A DNA stretch of 64,000 bases from an uncultured Acidobacteriota bacterium (GTDB lineage: Bacteria > Acidobacteriota > Vicinamibacteria > Marinacidobacterales > SMYC01), in NCBI GenBank assembly GCA_964553925.1, contig CAZKNR010000128.1, positions 2,017-66,016 on the forward strand. Reading direction: 5' to 3'. A program made the translations under genes and the position numbers. The notes under the pieces are model-generated. The model was not told the DNA's origin. It saw nothing but the letters and a program-made list of their open reading frames with translations, and did not search any database. Positions 37,858 to 46,702 of the stretch are shown piece by piece; the first letter of the stretch is position 1, and each line of letters opens with the position of its first letter.

Positions 37858-39234
37858 GTGAAGCGACGGCCGGTGCTCCTTTTGTCCTGCTACGAGCTTG
37901 GGCATCAGCCTCTGGGCCTCGCTCTGCCTCTGGCATTTCTGCGGAATGCCGGGCTCGAAGCGCGGGGCATCGACCTCGCCGTCGACCCCCTCGATGAGGA
38001 CGCCGTTCGGGGCGCTGACTTCATCGGGATCTCGGTCCCGATGCACACCGCCCTTCGGATCGCGCTCGGCCTCCTCCCGCGGCTCCGGGTTTTGAACCCG
38101 CGAGCCCACCTGTCGTTTTACGGCCTCTACGCCACCCTCAACGCCGAGCTCCTTCTGTCCTCGGGCGCGAGCTCCGTCCTGAGCGGCGAGCTCGAGGAGG
38201 AGCTGGTGGCGATCGCCCGGGGCGCCCGGGGAGCCGCGCCGGGGCCAAGGGCGCCCATTCTGAAGCGACTGAGCTTTCCCACCCCGGCCCGGAGCGGCCT
38301 TGCGTCCCTCGATCGATATGCCCGGCTCGAGATCGGCGACGAGACGCCAAAGCTAGTGGGCGCCGTCGAGACCACGAGGGGCTGTCTGCATCTCTGCCGG
38401 CATTGTCCCATCCCTCCGATTTATCAGGGACGGTTCTTCGTCATTCCGCAGGAGACCGTGCTCGCCGACGTGCGGCAACTGGTCGAGGCGGGCGCGAGCC
38501 ACATCGATTTCGCCGACCCCGACTTTCTGAACGGTCCGGGCCACGCGCTCTCGGTAGCGCGCGCCCTCCACGGCGAGTTTCCTCGCCTGAGCTTCAACTT
38601 CACGGCGAAGATCGAGCATCTCGTGAAACACCGCCGGCACCTCGGTGACCTCTCGGAGCTCGGCTGCCTTTTCGTGATCTCGGCCGTCGAGTCCCTGAGC
38701 GACCGGGTCCTTCGGGAGCTCGACAAGGGCCACGACCGCGAAACCGTATTCGAGGCCCACCAGGCGCTTCGTGAGGTCGGGATCGCCCTCAGGCCCACGT
38801 TCGTCCCCTTCACCCCCTGGACGACTCGCGAAGACTACGCGGATCTTTTTCACTGGATCGCGCGGGAGGGCCTCGTGGAGCACGTCGACGCCGTCCAGCT
38901 CACCCTGCGGCTTCTCATCCCTCCGGGCTCGCTTCTCCTCGAGAACGAGAGTCTAAAGTCGGTTCTGGGAGAGCTCGACCCTCGTGCCTTGACCTACCGA
39001 TGGACCCACCCCGATTCGGAGATGGACCGGCTCCAGGAGGCCGCCGTCACCGTGGTCGAGAAGGGGGTCGCCCGCGGCCGCTCGAACCACGCGATGTTTC
39101 ATGAGCTCGCGGAACTGGTGCTGGGGGAGCTCGTGGAAGCTTCTCCAATCCCCGCCCGCGCCCCCCGGCTCACCGAGGCCTGGTTCTGCTGAGCGGAGCC
39201 CCAAGGGGACCGGTTCGGTCCCCGGAGCGGGTAG
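37858..39234 (+). CDS. B12-binding-like/radical SAM protein with C-terminal C-U-A-E-P tail (probable selenoprotein; in-frame TGA at 39190-39192 read as Sec)
   Basis: (V)KRRPVLLLSCYELGHQPLG N-domain. CLHLCRHC radical SAM cluster. The ORF track stops at ...EAWFC-TGA, but the frame continues AEPQGDRFGPRSG to TAG 39232-39234 with a SECIS-like hairpin. Start set to GTG 37858; codons upstream are antisense to lptD. Confidence 0.7.
39205..39223 (+). promoter_or_regulatory. Putative bacterial SECIS hairpin
   Basis: GGGGACC-GGTTC-GGTCCCC: perfect 7-bp stem with a G/U-containing 5-nt loop. The stem starts 12 nt after the in-frame TGA, and 19 nt separate the TGA from the loop. Confidence 0.6.
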
Positions 39235-39244
39235 GCGAATACAG

Positions 39245-39250
39245 TATAAT
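39245..39250 (+). promoter_or_regulatory. Consensus TATAAT -10 box 6 nt upstream of the nfu ATG (possible leaderless transcript)
   Basis: cAGTATAATcgtggcATG; no SD between the box and the ATG. Confidence 0.35.
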
Positions 39251-39256
39251 CGTGGC

Positions 39257-39847
39257 ATGGAAGAAATTCGCATCACCGCCGAGCCCAAGGACAATTCGAA
39301 TTGCCGATTCGTCGTCGACCGTCCCCTGTACCCCGATGGTTCGGCGTTCTTCGGAAACAAAGAGCGCGCCGCGGGCTCCGGCCTCGCGGAGAAGCTCTTC
39401 GCCATCGAGGGCGTGTCTTCGGTCATGATCCAGGACAACCTCGTAACCGTGACCGCCGAGAGCGGTGGAAACTGGACGCCGATCGCGAAGCAGGTGGGAA
39501 CCACCATCCGCGCCGTCCTCGGGAGCGGAGAGAAAGCGGTCTCGGATACGGTCCTCTCCTCGATTCCGGATGCGGACTCGATCAAGAAGAGGGTCCAGAG
39601 CGTCCTCGATCAGGAGATCAACCCCGCGGTCGCGGCCCACGGGGGATGGGTGGAGCTCATCGACGTCAAGCGGAACGAGGTCTTCATCCGTATGGGCGGG
39701 GGTTGCCAGGGCTGCGGAATGGCGGATGTGACCCTGAAACAAGGCGTGGAAAAGTCGATTCGCCAGGCGATCCCAGAGGTCGGCGCCATCATGGACACCA
39801 CCGACCACGGGTCGGGCCGCAATCCCTACTACGCTCCCGCGAAGTAG
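39257..39847 (+). CDS. Two-domain Nfu/NifU-type Fe-S cluster scaffold/carrier
   Basis: N-terminal Nfu_N-like domain (ITAEPKDNSNCRFVVDRPLY...FAIEGVSSVMIQDNLVTV). C-terminal NifU domain (INPAVAAHGGWVELIDV...MGGGCQGCGMADVTLKQGVE). Confidence 0.85.
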   Translation: MEEIRITAEPKDNSNCRFVVDRPLYPDGSAFFGNKERAAGSGLAEKLFAIEGVSSVMIQDNLVTVTAESGGNWTPIAKQVGTTIRAVLGSGEKAVSDTVLSSIPDADSIKKRVQSVLDQEINPAVAAHGGWVELIDVKRNEVFIRMGGGCQGCGMADVTLKQGVEKSIRQAIPEVGAIMDTTDHGSGRNPYYAPAK

Positions 39848-39848
39848 C

Positions 39849-41096
39849 TCAAATAATTTCGAACGACAAAAGCGCGTGCGCCTCACGAAGCGCACGTTCG
39901 ACGCTTTCGGGGTCCGCGGCGCGCGCAAAGATGAACCCGAGGTAGCTCGATCCTTCGGGAAGCGGGACCAGGGTCTTCCCCGGATGCGCGGTGATGGTTA
40001 CCTCCTCGATCCCGGAGACCGCCCGGGCGTCCTCGAGCCCGCGCGTCCCCTCCAGCTTTCCGCCTTTCGGGATCGGGATCATCATCACCCCCGAGGATCC
40101 CGCCTCACGCGCGAGCTCCTCGACGTCCCGGCCCAGGGCGTGTCGAAGGAGGAGCTCTTCGAGCGAGACCCCGAGGCCGAAGCGCAGCGTCCGCGAGCAT
40201 AGCCCTCCGATGGAGCGCCCGGCGATCTCGATCATGACTGGCGCGGCCGGGGACTCGCCCCTCAAGCGAAGCTCGGCGTGAATCGGACCGTGGCGAAGCC
40301 CTATCGCCCGCGCGGCATCGGCGCTCACCCGGGCAATCTCCTTTTGGATCGCTTCCGGGAGCCGTGACGGCGTCACGTAGATCGTCTCCTCGAAGAACGG
40401 CCCTATCAAAGGATCGGGCTTGTCGAAGATCGCGAGAGGGCGGAGCCTTCCGTCCGTGAGAAGGCCTTCGAGAGCGACCTCGCGTCCGTCCACGTACTCC
40501 TCGATGAGCACCGAATCGCCTTCGTCGCCCCCGTGCGCTCGCATCTCCGGAGTCGCCAGGAATGCGGAGAGCCACTCGAATCTTCGAACGAAGCTCTCCC
40601 GGTCGTCCACCCGAACGACTCCGCGGCTGCCCGAGAGAAACACCGGTTTCAATACCAGCGGATAGGTGAGGCCGCGCGCGAGTAGACGCGGGTCATCACC
40701 GGTGCGAGCGAGGGTGAAGGACGGTTGGGGAACGCCGCCCGTGGCGAGGGCCTCGCGCATGCGGTGCTTGAGACGCGCCCTCGACGCGGCCTCGGGGGAG
40801 TTGTGGGGCAGGCCGAGCGCAGCGGCAACCGCCGCGGCGGCTACGCCTGTCTCTTCGTCCACCGGGACTACCGCGTCAAGGGGATATCGCGCGTGAAACT
40901 CCCGGGCGCGGGCGACGGCGCCCTCGAGCTCGAGAAAGTCGAGAGTGAGCAGGCCATCCGGCTGGAAGCTCTCGAGGGTGCTCGTCTCCTCCGACCCCAC
41001 GACCACTTCGATGCCGAGACTCTTGGCCGCGTCCAGGAAATCCCGCGTCCGATACGTGGACGTAGGCAACAGCAAGAGGACCCGCTCCCCGCTCAT
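39849..41096 (-). CDS. ATP-grasp domain enzyme (carboxylate-amine ligase type, specificity unknown)
   Basis: MSGERVLLLLPTSTYRTRDFLDAAKSLG, YPLVLKPVFLSGSRGVVRV, LIEEYVDGREVALEG, GPIHAELR, MIEIAGRSIGG. Start moved to ATG 41096. Confidence 0.75.
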   Translation of the reverse strand: MSGERVLLLLPTSTYRTRDFLDAAKSLGIEVVVGSEETSTLESFQPDGLLTLDFLELEGAVARAREFHARYPLDAVVPVDEETGVAAAAVAAALGLPHNSPEAASRARLKHRMREALATGGVPQPSFTLARTGDDPRLLARGLTYPLVLKPVFLSGSRGVVRVDDRESFVRRFEWLSAFLATPEMRAHGGDEGDSVLIEEYVDGREVALEGLLTDGRLRPLAIFDKPDPLIGPFFEETIYVTPSRLPEAIQKEIARVSADAARAIGLRHGPIHAELRLRGESPAAPVMIEIAGRSIGGLCSRTLRFGLGVSLEELLLRHALGRDVEELAREAGSSGVMMIPIPKGGKLEGTRGLEDARAVSGIEEVTITAHPGKTLVPLPEGSSYLGFIFARAADPESVERALREAHALLSFEII

Positions 41097-41446
41097 TAGC
41101 TGGACGTTAACACGGAATGAGCGTGTCGTTTCCAAGGATCGATAATTCAACAAAATGAAACTCGATTCAGAAATCGAAATCCGCCCGGGCGTCGTTCCAA
41201 GAACGCGAAGATCCATCCATGGCGCCGGATCCATTCCTCGCGCGCGACGATCGAGCTCGACCGCCGAAGTATGGAGAGTCATCGATTTGCTCGAGACCGC
41301 CTGAGCCGCGCGCCGTGGCACGTCGGTTGCAGTCTCGAATCGCAGGCGCGGAGCACCCGAGTCTCCGTTTCGATGAGGAGATTCAATAATCCAAATCGAC
41401 GGGTTCTCGGGCTCTCGCGTCTTCCGTGAAAGGAGATGCATTTCTC

Positions 41447-44338
41447 ATGAAGAAGAAACTCTTAGCTCTCGTTCCGATGGTGCTCCTCACCCTCGGCTCT
41501 CTCGCATCGGCCCAGACCGCGGGAGAGATCCAGGGTGTGGTGACCGACACGCAAGGCCTCACCATGCCCGGCGTCACGGTGACGCTTGGAGGAGAGGCGG
41601 TCCTCGGAGCGCAGATCGCCATCAGTCTCGAGGATGGATCGTTCCGCTTCCGCGGACTCCGGCGAGGGTCGTACAGCCTTCGCTTCGAGCTCCAGGGCTT
41701 CCAGACGCTGAACCGCGAGGGCGTCATCGTCGAAGGCAACCGTACCGTCACCCTGAACGTGGGCCTTCAGCTCGCGACGATCTCGGAAACGGTGACCGTC
41801 ACCGGCGAGTCGCCGGTGGTGGACGTCAAGAATACGTCCCTCAGCAACGAATTCGGGGCGACGGAGCTCTCCGACGTTCCGAGCGCGACCGACGTCTGGT
41901 CGGTCTTGAGCCAGACCCCCGGCGTTCGCATGCGCGGCTACGACGTGGGCGGAAGCCACAAGAGCCAGCAGATCGGCTACGAGAGCTTCGGCGTCCGCCG
42001 GCAGAACCGGGTCATTTCGGACGGCGTCGACTCGACCGAAGGGACCAGCGGCACCGGGTTCTATTACGACTACTACTCGATCGACGAGTTCACGACGTCC
42101 GCCGCGGGCGCCGACGTGGAGATGAACTCTCCCGGCTCACAGGTGGTAATGACGCTGAAGAGCGGGGGCAACGAGTTCTCCGGTCTCTACCACGCCGACT
42201 ACGAAGGAGAGAGCTTCGTCTCCGACAACCTCGACGACGACCTCAGGGCCCGAGGCTATACCGGAAACCCGAACCTCCTTTTCTGGGAGACCCACTTCGA
42301 TCTCGGCGGACCCATCGTCACCGATAAGGCGTGGTTCTACGGTTTCTACAACCATTTCCGGATCGACAAACAGATCTCGGGCGTCAACCCGGACGTGGCC
42401 ACCGATCTCGGGGACTTCGATCAGTTCGGAGGAAAGCTCACCCTGCAGCTCACGCAGAAAGACCAATTCATCGGCTACAGCCAGTGGGGCTTGAAAGAGA
42501 AGCCGCTTCGGGGCCTGTCGACCTTGATTCCGCCGGAGTCGATCCTCGCCCAGGCGAGCTGGTCGTGGGCCCACAAGGCCGAGTGGCAGAGGGTCTGGAA
42601 CGATCGCGCGTTCAGCAACGTTCAGGTCAAGTATTTCGGCTTCGGCTGGCCGATGGTGCCCGCCGTGGATCCCGGAAGCAACCCGCCGCGCATCGACAGT
42701 GCGACGTCGCTCCGGAGCGGCGCCGGTTGGAATAACACCAACCCTCCCTTCACCCTCGACCGATGGAAGCCGCAGGTCACGGCGACGATGAGCTACTACA
42801 TGCCCGACACCTCCAACTGGGCCGGGAGCCTCGACTGGAAGTTCGGCTTCGACTGGCAGATCGACTCCTCCCAGTACGGTTCGAACGGGAACTCGGGTCC
42901 CATCCGCTACTTCGACAACAGTCTCCTCGGCCGTCCACGTAACGTCGACGAGATCGCTCTTTTCAGCGTGCCCGCGGAAGGGCGCGTCGGGGCCGACAAC
43001 CGCGACAAGACGACGGCGTTCTTCGTGCAGGACACCTGGACGCTGAACGACCGGCTCACCATGAATCTCGGCTTCCGCTTCGGACGCCAGCAGGCGTACT
43101 ACCTGGACTCCGAGCTCACGCCGTTCTTCTCGGAGTTCTTTCCCACGGGGACCATCGAGGGGCAGACGCTCACCACGTGGAACAACTTCGCTCCCAGGCT
43201 CGGCGTCACGTACGACATCAGCGGCCGGGGCAAGACGATCGTCAAGGGTCACTACGGCCGCTATTACAACAACATCGCCGACACTCTATCGACGGGGAAT
43301 CCCGCAAACGTGGCCTGGGTCCGGCGCAAGTTTCTCGATCAGAACCAGAACGGACTCTATGACGGACCGGCGGAGCTTGGAGCCGTCGTCACTCAGGCGG
43401 GAACCGTGGGCTCGAGCCTCGCGGGAGCGAGGGGAACGGCCGTCAATCCCGATCTGAAACCCGCCTTCGCCGACGAGTTCAGCGGTTCGCTCGAGCACGA
43501 GATCTCGACCGACAGCTCGCTCCGGTTCTCCTACGTCCGCAAGCAGCAGCGAAACGACTACGGACAGTGGAACCGGGCGCAGCAGAACCCGCTGTTCGCG
43601 GGGCAGGGTATCCCCTGCGGCGACTCCGTCTTCCCCTGTCCCCTCGATCCTTTCACGGGCCAGCCGCTTCGCGTCCAGCGGGTTGCCTCTTCCGCGGCCA
43701 ACGTCCAGGATCAGGTGATCGATACCTTCCCCGGAAGCGACGCCAACTTCGACACCCTCCAGCTCGCGTACACCCGCCGCTTCGGCGACAACTTCTTCAT
43801 CCAGGGAAGCGGCGACTATCAGTGGCGCGACGAGCTGAGGCGCGCCGACGCCGAGGCCCAGGACCCGCTCACGGCCGATCCTCTCGACGTCGGCTGCGAC
43901 GTCGGCGGAGCCACCACCTGCTGGCAGAACCACAGCCTCGACGTCCCCTTCCGCCAGGAGAACACCAACTGGGGCGCGCGCCTGCTCGCCCGCTACGTGT
44001 TCCCGAAGGAAATCGGGCTGTCTGGCAACGTTCGCTATCAGAGCGGCTGGCCCTGGGCGCCGATCCATCGCGTCAACATCCCCGGCTCGGGAACGCTACC
44101 CATCTTCCTCGAGAACGTGGACCAGAACCGCTCTGAAGACGTGACCATCGTCGACCTCAGGGTAGAGAAGGGCTTCACCCTCGGCCCCGGCCGGCTCACG
44201 GGCATGCTGGACCTCTACAACCTCTTCAACAGCAACTCGGAGGTGAACTTCAACCTTCGAACGGGCACGAGATTCCGCAACATCATCGCCGCCCTCGACC
44301 CGCGCGCGTTCAAGATCGGGATTCGCTACCAGTTCTAG
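41447..44338 (+). CDS. Large outer-membrane beta-barrel, TonB-dependent-receptor-like with N-terminal CarboxypepD_reg domain (paralog 1)
   Basis: Signal peptide MKKKLLALVPMVLLTLGSLASAQ. GVVTDTQGLTMPGVTVTL...GSFRFRGL, VTVTGESPVVDV plug-like region, C-terminal ...FKIGIRYQF. AAAGGAGA SD. Confidence 0.85.
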   Translation: MKKKLLALVPMVLLTLGSLASAQTAGEIQGVVTDTQGLTMPGVTVTLGGEAVLGAQIAISLEDGSFRFRGLRRGSYSLRFELQGFQTLNREGVIVEGNRTVTLNVGLQLATISETVTVTGESPVVDVKNTSLSNEFGATELSDVPSATDVWSVLSQTPGVRMRGYDVGGSHKSQQIGYESFGVRRQNRVISDGVDSTEGTSGTGFYYDYYSIDEFTTSAAGADVEMNSPGSQVVMTLKSGGNEFSGLYHADYEGESFVSDNLDDDLRARGYTGNPNLLFWETHFDLGGPIVTDKAWFYGFYNHFRIDKQISGVNPDVATDLGDFDQFGGKLTLQLTQKDQFIGYSQWGLKEKPLRGLSTLIPPESILAQASWSWAHKAEWQRVWNDRAFSNVQVKYFGFGWPMVPAVDPGSNPPRIDSATSLRSGAGWNNTNPPFTLDRWKPQVTATMSYYMPDTSNWAGSLDWKFGFDWQIDSSQYGSNGNSGPIRYFDNSLLGRPRNVDEIALFSVPAEGRVGADNRDKTTAFFVQDTWTLNDRLTMNLGFRFGRQQAYYLDSELTPFFSEFFPTGTIEGQTLTTWNNFAPRLGVTYDISGRGKTIVKGHYGRYYNNIADTLSTGNPANVAWVRRKFLDQNQNGLYDGPAELGAVVTQAGTVGSSLAGARGTAVNPDLKPAFADEFSGSLEHEISTDSSLRFSYVRKQQRNDYGQWNRAQQNPLFAGQGIPCGDSVFPCPLDPFTGQPLRVQRVASSAANVQDQVIDTFPGSDANFDTLQLAYTRRFGDNFFIQGSGDYQWRDELRRADAEAQDPLTADPLDVGCDVGGATTCWQNHSLDVPFRQENTNWGARLLARYVFPKEIGLSGNVRYQSGWPWAPIHRVNIPGSGTLPIFLENVDQNRSEDVTIVDLRVEKGFTLGPGRLTGMLDLYNLFNSNSEVNFNLRTGTRFRNIIAALDPRAFKIGIRYQF

Positions 44339-44359
44339 GTGATCTCGGTCGAAACGTTT

Positions 44360-44388
44360 GGGGCGGAGCTTCGGCTCCGCCCTTTTTA
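44360..44388 (+). terminator. Rho-independent terminator
   Basis: GGGGCGGAGC-ttcg-GCTCCGCCC followed by TTTTT, 22 nt after the OMP stop. Confidence 0.8.
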
Positions 44389-44394
44389 TGCCGT

Positions 44395-44580
44395 CTAGCG
44401 ACCGCTCGGTCTTCGGTGCTGCCCAGGCACAGAGGGCGGCTGCAGAACGACGACGTTGGTGCCTTCGGCATATTCGGCAGCGTGCTTTCCGCGGACTCCT
44501 CCACATAGGGCGCTGAAGTCATACTCTGGACGCATGGTGTCTTTGTCTTCAAACCGCTTCGCCTTGGTCTGTTTCTTCAT
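44395..44580 (-). CDS. Small hypothetical protein with an antitoxin-like EYDFS...GVRGK motif
   Basis: 61-aa ORF 4 nt downstream of the GWxTD gene: MKKQTKAKRFEDKDTMRPEYDFSALCGGVRGKHAAEYAEGTNVVVL... The motif is recalled from small antitoxin-like proteins. No partner toxin is present. Confidence 0.3.
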   Translation of the reverse strand: MKKQTKAKRFEDKDTMRPEYDFSALCGGVRGKHAAEYAEGTNVVVLQPPSVPGQHRRPSGR

Positions 44581-44584
44581 AGAT

Positions 44585-46693
44585 CTACTTCGAAGCTCGC
44601 TCGGCCTTCAGCTTCAGGACGAGCTCCCGCACCTCTGGCTGAGCGGGGTCGAGGGCGAGGGATTGCTCGAAGAGCTCGACGGCTCGCGCGGCATCCTGGA
44701 GCCGATACTGAGAGCTCGCGAGGGCGTTCAGAAGCGAGGGCTGGGGCCGGCGGAGCGGAAGCGCCTTCTCCAGAAGCTCCGCCGCCCGGGCGAAATCGCC
44801 CCGACGGAAGTAAGCCTCTCCGAGCGGCGCCAGGATCTCGTAGCGGTCCTTGACCTCGGCGTAGACGGGTTCGAGAAGGGTCACGACTCTCTCGTAGTCC
44901 CCCGCCTGGAGGGCGAGCCGGGCCAGATGCTCCCGAGCGAGCCCGAGCTTCGGGTTTTCCTGAAGCGCTCGCTCGAATCGTTCGGCCGCTTTCGCGGGGT
45001 CGTTTCGTGCCAGATACTGTTCTCCGAGCATCGAGGAGACGAGCCCGGGAATTTCGGGGCGCACCTGAGGCGCCGCGGCGCGCGAGAGCGGCCGGGGAAT
45101 CGAGGTCCGCGGGGAAACGGTGAACGAAGCGGAAGCCTGCTCCAGAACGCTTCCGTTCTCGTCGACGAGCTCCGAGCGCAGGAGGAATCGGCCTCCCTGA
45201 AACTTCTCGAGGGAGAGCTCCTGAACGAGGGGGCTCGCGATCCGTTCCTTCAGCTCGACACTCTGGTCGATCATCGTCCCGCCCCCGGGCTCCTGGCTTT
45301 CCACCAGGAGCCGGATCCGAGAGGCCGGAGGCGCGTCATGCGGGATCGCCACGGTCATGGTCTCTCCGATGGCGAAGACGGCGCTCGGGTTGGGAAGGAT
45401 CTCGATCGTCCCGAACCGGTACGCGCGATACAGCGGCGCTCCCGGCTTCAGTTCGGAGCCATAGCCGAGGAGGAGCCCGCGGAGAGATCTCCCGCTTTCA
45501 GCAGGCACGTCCACTTCCTTGTCGAGGAGCGTGTAGCTCTTGGCGCAATCCTTCTCGACGCGGCTCGGGCAGGCGCGGTTTCTCAAGATCACCCGAAAGT
45601 TGTAGGCGCCGGGCACGAGCGGAGTCATTCCGGAGTACGCGAAGGGACGGTGGAGGGACGCCTGCTGCGCTTCTTTGAGCGTGACGAAGGACTCGTTGCG
45701 GCTCTGGAGCACGACGACGTTGGGGTCGTCCCGAAGAACCGCTTCGACCGATACGATGAACGCGGAGCCGTAGACTCCCCTCTCCTTATCGAGCACGAAG
45801 GCGATGTTCTCCGGCGGAATCTCGATGACCCAGTGGACGAACGAGACCCCGCCGTCTCCCTCGAGGACGTCGACCGCCCCCGCGCTCGCGACGTACCGGA
45901 AGAGGTAGTCGCTCTCGACGGCCCCGCGCTCGAAGTCGAGCCTCTCGGCGTAGCTGGTGTCGAGCCCATGGAACGGGATTCTCACGATCTGATCCATGAG
46001 CTCCATGGTGCCGAAGGAGACACCCGAGAACTGCGCGGTGTCGCCCTCGTCGGTGCGGAAGGACAAAGCGGCCTGCGCGAGCTCCGGGTCGACCTCGTTC
46101 AGCTTGTCGTAGGCTCTCTCGACGTCCTGGCGGAAGTCCGCGCTCTTGGCGTCCGTTCCCGTCAGAAGGGCCTGGGGACCATCGAGGACCGGGCTATAGA
46201 TCTCGAGCTCCCCCGCGCCGTGCCGTTGAAAGAACAGCAGGAAAAAAAACGGCGGAAGCCCGTAGCGCTTCAGATCGGGGTTGTCGTAGAACCAGAGCTC
46301 CGAGGAGTAGACCGCGTCGCTTCCGTCGAAGTTCTGGCGGTTGCGCGGAGGCCCGAGGAGTATGTAGTAGCGGCCGCGGTCCGTCTCGAAGCCCTCCCGG
46401 AACGTGTCGCGGCCGAAAAACTCGTTGACGTAAGCGAGCCTCTTGTAGTGCTCGTCCTTATACTCGTTCTCGAGCGTCGCCGGGTTCTCGTCGCGTTTGC
46501 GCCAGAAGGCATCGACGAACGCCTCCCGCTCCTGCTCGGATTCGAGACCGAGGAACACGTCGCGCTCGACCTCGCTGATGAGGTACGGGACCTCGTCCGT
46601 AAGCCACTTCTTGTGGTGCTCCGGGAGCCCCTCTATGCGATCCTGGGACGAAGCGAGAAGAGCCCCCGCGAGGATAAGCCCGAACATTTGCAT
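44585..46693 (-). CDS. GWxTD-domain protein with C-terminal TPR repeats
   Basis: HHKKWLTDEVPYLISEVERDVFLGL..EREAFVDAFWRKRD, GFETDRGRYYILLGPP (GWxTD-type core). TPR repeats at the C-terminus. The true start may be the third codon ATG 46687 (MFGLIL...). Confidence 0.75.
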   Translation of the reverse strand: MQMFGLILAGALLASSQDRIEGLPEHHKKWLTDEVPYLISEVERDVFLGLESEQEREAFVDAFWRKRDENPATLENEYKDEHYKRLAYVNEFFGRDTFREGFETDRGRYYILLGPPRNRQNFDGSDAVYSSELWFYDNPDLKRYGLPPFFFLLFFQRHGAGELEIYSPVLDGPQALLTGTDAKSADFRQDVERAYDKLNEVDPELAQAALSFRTDEGDTAQFSGVSFGTMELMDQIVRIPFHGLDTSYAERLDFERGAVESDYLFRYVASAGAVDVLEGDGGVSFVHWVIEIPPENIAFVLDKERGVYGSAFIVSVEAVLRDDPNVVVLQSRNESFVTLKEAQQASLHRPFAYSGMTPLVPGAYNFRVILRNRACPSRVEKDCAKSYTLLDKEVDVPAESGRSLRGLLLGYGSELKPGAPLYRAYRFGTIEILPNPSAVFAIGETMTVAIPHDAPPASRIRLLVESQEPGGGTMIDQSVELKERIASPLVQELSLEKFQGGRFLLRSELVDENGSVLEQASASFTVSPRTSIPRPLSRAAAPQVRPEIPGLVSSMLGEQYLARNDPAKAAERFERALQENPKLGLAREHLARLALQAGDYERVVTLLEPVYAEVKDRYEILAPLGEAYFRRGDFARAAELLEKALPLRRPQPSLLNALASSQYRLQDAARAVELFEQSLALDPAQPEVRELVLKLKAERASK

Positions 46694-46702
46694 TAGTATA
46701 GC
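46694..46702. promoter_or_regulatory. Entire 9-bp divergent intergenic spacer TAGTATAGC, a face-to-face -10-like core
   Basis: + strand: TAGTAT, 6 nt, then ATG 46706. - strand: TATACT, 6 nt, then ATG 46687. Confidence 0.35.

Noticed and set aside
41097-41441. In-frame N-terminal extension of the ATP-grasp ORF
   Set aside because: The composition is unlike protein and it lies in an AT-rich spacer. The homologous ATP-grasp N-terminus starts at MSGERVLLLLP (41096).
41097-41446. Looked for a cobalamin or other riboswitch ahead of the TonB-like OMP
   Set aside because: No B12 box (GCCACTG-like) or other riboswitch core that I can recognise by eye. Left as an unexplained long leader (see findings).
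44456-46696. 746-aa + ORF, plus similar long ORFs at 56803..58314, 58188..59660, 50241..51746, 42137..43252, 19056..20129 and 19982..21367
   Set aside because: All are antisense or out-of-frame shadows of genes with clear family motifs. The translations are dominated by R/G/E/D/V/L with no motifs.
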